Positions 55,325 through 64,000 of a DNA stretch of 64,000 bases are shown here, piece by piece. Position 1 is the stretch's first letter, and the number at the start of each line of letters is the position of its first letter. The position numbers were made by a program, and so were the translations under genes. The notes under the pieces are model-generated. The model ran no database searches. It was not told the origin of the DNA and was given only the letters and a program-made list of their open reading frames with translations. The DNA is from Octopus vulgaris (lineage: Eukaryota): positions 177,320,001-177,384,000 of the forward strand of contig OX597815.1 in assembly GCA_951406725.2 (NCBI GenBank), read 5' to 3'.

Positions 55325-55805
55325 ATACCAGATGGGCACATAAATACAAATATATATATATACAGAACGCACGTTATACTTACATATATATAAGTCCATA
55401 CATACAAATATATGCACGTGTGTACAAGGCCAGATTTAAATTGCCCGCCAACCACCTCGTAAAGGATTTGACTGCTATTTCGGCATGGTGGTGTCTCTCA
55501 GATACCCCCATTTATAGTTGTAAAAAATTATTACCTTTGTATGGCCTTTATTCCCATGCTGGCCACTTGATAATATCGATATTTAAATATCGATATTATC
55601 CTTAATTATAAATTTATATAATTCGTCACTATATTCAATGCGGTGTTTATTTGAACATATCTCGCTTACGAGGTGGTTGGCGGGCAATTTAAATCTGGCC
55701 TTGTACATACGTGCATATATATGTATGTATGTATGGACGTACATATATGTAAGTATAACGTGCGTTCTGTATATATATATTTGTATTTATGTGCCCATCT
55801 GGTAT

Positions 55806-55864
55806 ATTCAACTGATGAAAGCAGAGCTTATTTGAAGCATAGCTAGAAATCCAGGATCTTGAAT
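55806..55864 (+). ncRNA. Hammerhead ribozyme motif (copy 2)
   Basis: ATTCAA-CTGATGA(55812-18)-stem II-GAAA(55846-49)-TCCAGGA-TC-TTGAAT, with 6-bp stem I, near-palindromic stem III and AUC triplet. Confidence 0.7.
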
Positions 55865-56823
55865 TATCCAGTAATATCTTTTCGCTAGTTTATTTTGTCT
55901 CTCTGTCTTATCTCATGGTGTGATATGAACATTTTAGGTGGTTTTTAGGGTCAGGGTTTTGACTGCTATTTCGGCATGGTGGTGTCTCTCAGACACCCTT
56001 ATTTATAATTGTAAAAAAATATTACCTTTGTATAGTATTTATTCCCATCCTGGCCACTTGATAATATCGATATTATCCTTATTTATAAATTTATATGTGT
56101 ATATAGATAAACTGGCATATGATTATATATGCATATATGCAAGTATGACTGAATGCATATATATGTGTATACGTAAGCAGCAATCGGTAGCTACGTTTAA
56201 AAAGAATGTGAAATGCTTTCCGTAATGGAGAAATTATTTTGGTACCTGGAATGGTACCAAATCAGGCCTAATCAAAGGCAAGTTATTGTACAGTTCCGGA
56301 TAAAACTGGATTTACAGCTCTCAAGAGTACCACGGTGAATTAGATACGGTGATCATTAATCAAGATCATAACATTATCGATGTTTCCAGAACAGAATAAC
56401 ATAATTAAGAACTTATTAAGTCGTCATAAAATGGTAAGATAAATGAGCATCTTCGCCGAATAAATAATTATTTTAAATATTTCTCTCAGAACGTTTTTTG
56501 TTTTTATTGTTTCTTGGAATTGAGGTGCATATGATTAATAGCTACATTATAAGGTATCAGAGAATTACAGATACACGTACAAACGCACACACACGCACAC
56601 ATACACACACACACACGCTCACATTCTCACACTCACGCACATACGTACAATCACATAGTATATACATATACGTGTGTACATATAAGTGTGTAGATATGTA
56701 CGCACACCTGTGTATACAAATATGCGTATGTGTGCGCGTGTATATAGATTCATAGGCAGATAGATAGAAACAGGTAGATAGATAGATAGAGTAATAGATA
56801 GAGATAGGTAGATAGGTAGAAAA

Positions 56824-56857
<34 letters not shown>

Positions 56858-56858
<1 letters not shown>

Positions 56859-59800
56859 TGTTTCTTTATTAGCCACACAGGGCAGCACACAGATAGAACA
56901 AATTACAAGGTAGAGCTTTTCTTTTGAAGGTTTAAAAAAAATAAAAAGGAAGGGGGAGTTTCGATCAAAAGGGATCGTAAAAGGAGAGAAAGAGGGCAAA
57001 AAAATGGGGGGTTAAAAAAAAAGAGGGAGAGGAAAAAAAAATTGATCAATAGGGATCGTTATCACAGAAATGTCAATATGAAGTGTAAAGGGGAGGACAG
57101 GTGAGGTTTACCCGTGGAAAGAAAAGCCTACCGAAAAGACCACGGTAACCTCGGTCAATGAAGTCACATTTTATATTTCTTCTTTTTTTTTTTTTTTTTT
57201 TTTTTGCAAATAAGCAACTCTCTGTTTTCGATTTCTGGGTTCATAGGACTATGCTCAAGGTGGCTTCGTCATTCATACGTGCCATTCTTGCTACATTCAC
57301 CCATTTTTTTTTAAAACATTCGCTAGACAAAACTTGCCTCTCTACTCTCACTTTCCTTTTCAAGTGGTACTTGAAGAAGTTGATGAGAGATTGACCAGAG
57401 AGGAAAGTGTTTGTCTCCAATCCTTTCAGACGCGTCCACCAGATACATTCTTTCGCCATAGCCACAAGGATGATGAAAATAGCTCTTCCTTCCCGTTTGA
57501 AGGAAGGAGGCGTGACAATATTGACGATAGACTCAGCTGATAAACCGACTCGTCCCACACGTGACAGCAGTTGTTCGACATAAGCCCACAGGTCGGAAAT
57601 TGTTGGACACTGAACGAGTGCGTGCAGAACGGTTTCGTCGCTCTGACCGCATCTCGGGCAGGTCGGCCCCGTGTTTCTCGAGCCGTGTCTGTAGAGCTTA
57701 TCCCGAACGGGTAGCGCTTCTCGGTAGCACTGCCAGGCCAGGGATCTCTGGAAGTTGTCCATGGGCCCTGGCCCGAAAGTCGTCCTGAACAGGCGGGTCA
57801 GGTACTCCTCGTCGACGTCCAGGTTCGCCCCGAGCTCGTCGTCGTACCTCCCCTCCACTAAACCCCTATAGAATGCTTTGGTTGTGTTGAAGTCACTTAA
57901 GGTCGACCCAGGACGGCAGAGTTGCTTGAGAGCAACGCGACACTCGCGGTGCCATTCGCCCTTCCTCGGCCTCTTTTTGATCCACGACTGCAGTTCGGTC
58001 ATGGAGACGAGCTGCGGGAAAGCGTGCCTCACGAACGGTGACCACACCTGTTCACCGTCGTCTACATAGAGCCGGAGATGGCGCAGTCTCAGCGCGTGTC
58101 TGCGCATCATCAACCACGGCATGTCCAGCCCTCCTTTTAACGGGTGTTGACAGCAAATGGATCGCCTGACCATCGGGACGCATCCTTTCCAGAAGAAGCG
58201 GAAGAGAATGCGTTCTAGTTTGGTGATGGTAGGGTCGGGACAAGGTAAGACTGTCAGGCGGTAGTAGATGATGGACGCGATGTACGTGTTCGCCACCTCC
58301 GCCCGACCTTTTAGGGACAGTTTCCTCTTGGCCCATTGCCGGGCGAGAGTGACCACCCTACTCGTTATCTTGTTCCAGTTCTTCTCCATTTGGAGGTCCG
58401 GACCGAACCAGACCCCGAGCAACTCAACCGGGCTGTCCGTCCAGCGTCCCACGACGGAGGTACTGGTGGACGGCATGGGCTTGCTTCTCCAGGTGCCGAG
58501 CCGCAAGCCCACTGACGTTTCCCGGTTGATTTTTGCTCCTGTCACCGCTTCGTTGTCTTTCAGTGTCTCGCCGACCAGCTCGATGTGCTCGTGGCTTGAC
58601 ACTATGACGGTGACGTCGTCCGCGTTTGCAGACACGCTCGTCCCGCATCCCAATTCTCGCGGGATGCCCCTCAGCGTCGCCATCTTCCGCAGTAGTGGCT
58701 CGAGAGTCAATACGTATAGAAGCACCGAGAGGGGGCATCTCTAACGGACCGAACGTGCAATGTTGAAATGTCTCGATAGATGTCCATTTACGCGAATTAC
58801 CGAACGTATGCCTCTGTACAAGGCAGCTATCCAGCCGCGGAAGACGGGACCGAAACCAGCCGCTCTCAGGACTGCCTCCAAGTATCGATGGTCTACCCTA
58901 TCGAAGGCTTTCGATTGATCCAAGTTGATCAGGGCCCCACCCATGCCAGGTTCCTTAACTACTCTGTCTATGATGTAGCGCATCAGATAGAGGTTGTCAT
59001 GGATGCTCCGGCCCGGCACGGCGCACGTCTGTGCGTTGTCGACCAGTTTCTCGATGACAAAATTTTGGTCAAAATTTTGGTCAAAATTTTCAGGTCTGCA
59101 TTGAGCAGAGTGATTGGTCTAAAGTTATCTATAATGTTCCCCTTGTTTGGATCTTTCTTCAGCAGCGTTACGGCTCCTCGACTCACAAAACCGGATATGC
59201 TCCCGTTTTGCTGCCAGTTGCAGTATACCGCTGCCAAGACGTCTCCAAACAAGTTTGGCATACAATTGTAAAACTCGTAGGGCAGACCATCCAAACCCGG
59301 CGATTTGTCTCTCGAGCATTCTGCCATCGCGTCCCGCACATCTGCCGCCGTGATGGCACCTTCGGAGCACTCTGCCTCTCTTGCCGAGAGTCGTGGTAGG
59401 CTGTGCAGGTAGGCGCTGAAGTCCACCCTGCGTTCACGCTCGCCACTCGTCCCATACAGTCGGGCAAAGTGCCGCTGAAATGTCTCGCACATCTTGCTGG
59501 GCTCGAGCAATTCGCGCCCTTGTTCATCTACCAGAGACCGAATGGTGGCTTTGGTGCCCTGCTGCGCCTCCGCCACCCGGGCCTCCCTCGCGGCTCCAAC
59601 ACCTTCCATCCTTAGAGCACGTATCCTAGCCCTGACAGCATACCCTTCGTGTTTGCCGTAGAAGTGTTGGTCAAGGGCCAACCTCGCCGCTAAAACGTCG
59701 GATGTGATGCCGCTTCTTATTGCCTCTTCTAACTTCTTAACTAACTCACCCTCCACTCTATTTGTATCTACGGCTAGTGCCTTGCTATATCTAATTGCTT

Positions 59801-60214
59801 CCGCTTTTACTGCTCTCTTGAGGGCGAACCACTATTTGTTGTTGACAATGGCTCCCGTTAAAGCCCTTTTTACTAACGTGCTGATTCTGTCTCTAAAACC
59901 TGTCTGGACGGGAAAGATGCGTTCAGTTTCCAGTAACCAGGACCCTGTCTATGTGCCTTATCTAAGTCTAGCGTACACGTCACGAATTCGTGATCCGTGT
60001 AGCTGACTGTGTGGAATTGTGGAATCCTAAGTTATCCCTGTCTACTGTCCTACACAGTAGATACGATCTCGACGACCCACTGCGGTTGCTCCATGTCTAC
60101 GTTGGTGCATTTGGGTGGTCGAGTCGGTACCTGTCAGACAGTTGGAATCGTCTGGGCAGGTCTCTGAGGCATTTGCATCCTATTCTGTTTTTGTCTCTCC
60201 CCACATAGTCTAGA
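56858..60214 (-). mobile_element. 5'-truncated Tx1/L1-clade non-LTR retrotransposon (APE C-terminus, RT, zf-RVT), frameshifted
   Basis: GC-rich block. APE end DRYRLDHPN..TWSN..SSRSYL; RT motifs KSPGLDGLPYEFY, NFRPITLLNADLKIL, DQSKAFDRVDH, and NADD (mutated YADD); CPRCGQSDETVLHALVQC; AATAAA at 56865-56870 (minus). Confidence 0.93.
57241..59756 (-). pseudogene. ORF2 reverse transcriptase in three frames (58983-59756, 58741-59019, 57241-58725)
   Basis: The ORF-track segments join into a Tx1-like ORF2. A 12-bp duplication at about 59059-59087 (KILTKILTKIL), frameshifts and YADD>NADD indicate inactivation. Confidence 0.88.
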
Positions 60215-60223
60215 GAGATAGAC

Positions 60224-60261
<38 letters not shown>

Positions 60262-60282
60262 CTAGATAGATAGATAGATAGC

Positions 60283-60343
<61 letters not shown>
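60211..60343. repeat. (GATA)n microsatellite at the 5' junction of the Tx1-like element
   Basis: Directly visible; same orientation as the (GATA)n at 56757-56857. Confidence 0.95.
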
Positions 60344-60344
<1 letters not shown>

Positions 60345-61154
60345 CATGCTAGTATGCTCCTGTGGTGTATTTATTTTCCCGGTTGCAAATGTCAGCTTTG
60401 TTCCTGGTTGCAATAATTTTTTCTATGTCCTTTCTTTACACATCACCTCGTGCTTCTTTCGCAATCAGCTTCGCCCCACAGAATGACTGCGTGCTTCCAT
60501 GAATCGACGGGTACATTCTTGAGCTTATTTAGTTTTTGTTGTTGTTGTTGTTTGAGGGGGGTTTTTTCTGTTAGTGTTGTTGGTGGCGATATGACTCTTG
60601 TAGGCAGTGATTCTTTTTGTAGTTTTGGTTACTGTTGATGCCACTTTTGCAGTGTTTTTTGTTATTGTTTCTGCTGCCGATTCCACTGCTGGTTGCTGTC
60701 ATTGTTACACTTAGATCAACATGCCGCTGCTGCTGCTGCTGCTGCTGCTTATGCTGTTTTGGTGACTGTATCGGCAGAAATGACGATCGTTCTCCTCCTC
60801 TACTTATGATCACGAGCAGAAGTATTGGGGGAATATCATAGCCATGTGTTGTTGAGAGGAATTCTTTGAGGTTTGGATAATTCACCTTTGAAGACATGGG
60901 TGTTTTGTTCAACATGCTTCAACAACATTTATTTACGGACCTTTTGAACGGGATGGCCTACTCGACCTGAAGAAAATTCTAACTGGGCCCCACCTGCAAG
61001 GTCATGTGATGTTATCTTGATACGAGATCACCATGTCATACACATATAGTTGCGATGCATGTGTCTGGTGTACCCTTATCAGACGGGTAGTCGTGATGGT
61101 ATACTAGGTTTAACATATTTTAAAACTAACAACAACAACAACAACAACAACAAC

Positions 61155-61190
<36 letters not shown>

Positions 61191-61193
<3 letters not shown>

Positions 61194-61607
61194 CCATTGG
61201 ACACTTTGCAACAAGTATGGACTTTATAGAACAATTAAGAGTGTCTAATAATCGATGTAACAGTGCCAGGAGATCAACATATAGTCATGAAAGAAAGAGA
61301 AAAGAGTGATAAATATGGAGATCCGAGAATCGAGATGGTTAAGATGTGGCAGCTACGAGAGTCAAACATAAAGGTTATCTCTGTTGTCATCGGAGCATTG
61401 GGTTCATTACCACCGAACCCGGAAAAAGAAAAAAAAACATCTATCTGTATTGCAAAAGTCGGTTTTACTTGGAACTGCACACATATTGCATAAAGTACTG
61501 TCTGTCTGAGGTCCTTGTTGTGTCTCGACGAACTGTATAAACCCTCGGTAGACACAGTATCTTCAATCAACAACATCACGATTTTGGATAGTGTGCGCTG
61601 TCTTAAA
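61191..61607 (+). pseudogene. R4/Dong-clade 3' fragment (REL endonuclease), flanked by (AAT)n
   Basis: LHWTLCNKYG...IIDVTVPGDQHIVMKEREKSDKY...VISVVIGALG...LQKSVLLGTAHILHKVL, with (AAT)n at 61156-61190 and 61608-61620. Confidence 0.85.
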
Positions 61608-63149
61608 TAATAATAATAATAAATACATTAAATTTTATTTTTATTTTTGGAGAGAGAAAAGATAGTTGCAAAAGTCTAGACATCAAATGCAGATCCCGAA
61701 ATCGAAAATCACAATGTATCGAAATCAGATCATGATGATGAGCAATCACAATAAAAGGTTATTGTGTGCAAGCTACAGTGTTTCGAGATACACAAAATTG
61801 AAATGTATAAGAACAAATGCAAGCCACGATACTTCAAATGAAGTAAAAGAAAACAGATGGATGGCAAGTGATCTGAATAAATTTAGTGAGTAAAGGTTGT
61901 TTGCATATGACTTGATTTGGCTTCCTTTTGTAATTACAGTTAGGATGTATGCTATTATATTTCTATGTATCGTTGAGTTATATGACGTTTAATGCCAACG
62001 ATGTACTGACAGAGAATTTCAACAATTTGAGTGCGTTTGGTTGAACACGGTGTATTACATTGTCAAGTGTGTTTCAAGATATTTTTAAATAATCCATGAT
62101 TTAAAAAAAAAATTTTTTCTCCAGAGTCTGTTGTGTTCGCGGGTCATCTGTATAGACTGGTTAATCTTTACAGCTTTAAATTACTACAAAACAAATAGAT
62201 TCTTATCTGGAAAGTTAAAGTAAGAGTACTGGGAGATTTACTAAAAAGATACATATCCCATAAAAAACGATAGATGGGATTCCTTCATTAACGTTGTTGT
62301 AGCCAAAGTGTCTCTTTAGCCTCGAAAATCCTGTGACAGTATTACCTAGGATTATCTGTATGGGAGAAGCAAATGCTGCGACTTACACTATGCTTAATAA
62401 AGTAATCAGGAATTAAATATTGGTTCATTCTACAAGTGTGCGAAAACGGCAGCCTACAAAATAACAATATATTCGCAACCAATCAGGCACTAACAACAGC
62501 ATCTTTCTTTGCATCTAAAAGTGTAAAAAAGGTTACAACAAATTTCGTAAAATTGAAATTACTGAAACTATATATAGAATGTTGGAACGATTTTCTTAGA
62601 TATTAACGGTAACTTGGAAACCTGTATATAAAATTCGGTATAGTACGTTTCGTCGCAGATATTTTTGCTCGTAGGAAAATTCACCTAAGAAATTTCGTTG
62701 TAAGAGAAATCATCTTTAAAAACAAAATAATATATTGCAAAAAAAACAACAATAATAATGATAATGACATAGAGTTACCTTTTTTCTTAAAATAGCACTT
62801 CGTTAACTAACCTACCAGTTAGAGAAAGGTAATTTCTTTGTTATGAATTATCTAATTTACAGTCTGCTTGTGTGACTCCTTTGGTAAATATTTTCGTGCA
62901 ACGAACCCATTACAACGGTCTGTACATTGGAAACTAACACAGACCGGGCGAAATAAATGGAGGACTTGAACTAGTTTTGCCGAATAGAGAGGAAATAGGG
63001 TGTAAAAACGTATTGGAAATCTAAGTTGAAACCTTCAGTTTGTATGGCTGTTTCAACACGGGACAGGAATCGTCGGCACAGCTGCCGTTTGTTATATTAC
63101 AATTTTGATTCTATCCAAGTTTTCTCATCAAAGGAGAAGCAAAGCATGC

Positions 63150-63500
63150 CATGTCCATAATGGGTCTTTGGTCTCTTTAGAAATGGCCTGTATGAAATTA
63201 TCAAGTACAACAGTTCTTCTAGTCTATTCCAGCAGCTGACGTTCTTCAGCGATGGTTCTCATTGATTTTCCATAATCATCTCGATAAAGTTTTGAGCTCG
63301 TTGGATGAATTGCGATGTGTTTACTGTGTCCGAACGTCTAAAATGACTTTTCTCCTAGATACAGCTGAAACATTCCCACCAGAATCTTCCATCTGAAATG
63401 AATGTTCAAAAACATTTGCAGCATCTAAAACTTTTGCCGTTTCTGAATCGCTGCATTCCTCAAATATGGCAACAATAACAGCATTTCGCTTCATTTTTAA
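63150..63500 (-). pseudogene. maT/DD37D-like transposase N-terminal remnant
   Basis: MKRNAVIVAI...SDSETAKVL...GGNVSAVSRRK resembles HTH N-termini of this Tc1/mariner group. Confidence 0.45.
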
Positions 63501-63644
63501 TAGCATTTTATCTGTCATGGAAGATCTGAATGGAATAACAAAAAAACAAAAAAAAGTAATGATTAACAGAAAATAATACACAGATAATTAAGCGTTAACC
63601 CTTGTAGCCCGCATATAATTATAAATTCTACCTTTAAAGCATGT

Positions 63645-63745
63645 GCATGTATGTATGTATGTATGTATGTATGTATGTATGTATGTATGCATGTATTCAT
63701 GTATGTATGTATGTATGTATGTATGCATGTATGTATGTATGTATG
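63645..63745. repeat. (ATGT)n microsatellite
   Basis: Directly visible. Confidence 0.95.
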
Positions 63746-64000
63746 TCCCTCTCTCTCGCTTTCTCTTTCTCCTTCTTCATTCCTCTATTGTTGTCCTGTC
63801 AGACTTTGAAACTTTTCAAATATAAGCTTGTCCTTTTTCCTTCACTAGATTCATTATTTTCAAACATAGCACCGTATCATCATACGTCCACATGCCCATC
63901 ATATCTTCCGCAGACTAGCGTGGTCATCTCTGAAAAAAGAAAGAAACCAAAAAACTATTTTCTCTCTTCATTACCGAGAGAATTGTCTTCCGACTCGTTC

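Larger units (their letters stand above)
55124..56095. mobile_element. Penelope pLTR/retrozyme-like unit: inverted arms (55124-55462 and 55666-56007) plus direct repeat (55467-55618 and 55958-56095)
   Basis: The arms are near-identical reverse complements. The block tttgactgctatttcggcatggtggtgtctctcaga...ggccacttgataatatcgatatt occurs twice in direct orientation. Each arm carries an HHR motif. Confidence 0.8.

Noticed and set aside
60420-60915. Q/T-rich minus-strand ORF that could be a host exon
   Set aside because: It has stops in all frames and no clear splice context. It is more likely a decayed retrotransposon ORF1-like low-complexity tract, which I could not confirm.

Overview
This is a 64 kb AT-rich eukaryotic window packed with microsatellites ((TA)n, (CA)n, (GATA)n, (AAT)n) and transposable-element debris. 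The tRNA-derived SINE families and repeat landscape suggest a coleoid cephalopod, probably Octopus (inference). I find no convincing host protein-coding exon: almost all listed ORFs are microsatellite translations or TE fragments, so this is probably intergenic DNA or a large intron. Supported features are one intact tRNA-Arg(ACG); three SINE families in many copies; a young 5'-truncated Tx1/L1-clade LINE with (TATC)n on both sides; CR1-, RTE-, R4/Dong- and CRE-like non-LTR fragments; mariner and maT-like transposase fossils; Helitron helicase remnants and non-autonomous Helitrons; and MITEs. The most unusual signal is a set of hammerhead-ribozyme (HHR) motifs. One minimal HHR sits inside a 343-bp element with 40-bp terminal inverted repeats (53529-53871). 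Two HHRs lie in an inverted/tandem Penelope- or retrozyme-like unit (55124-56095), and several decayed HHR-like motifs occur elsewhere. All calls were made by eye, and boundaries of decayed elements are approximate (tens of bp).
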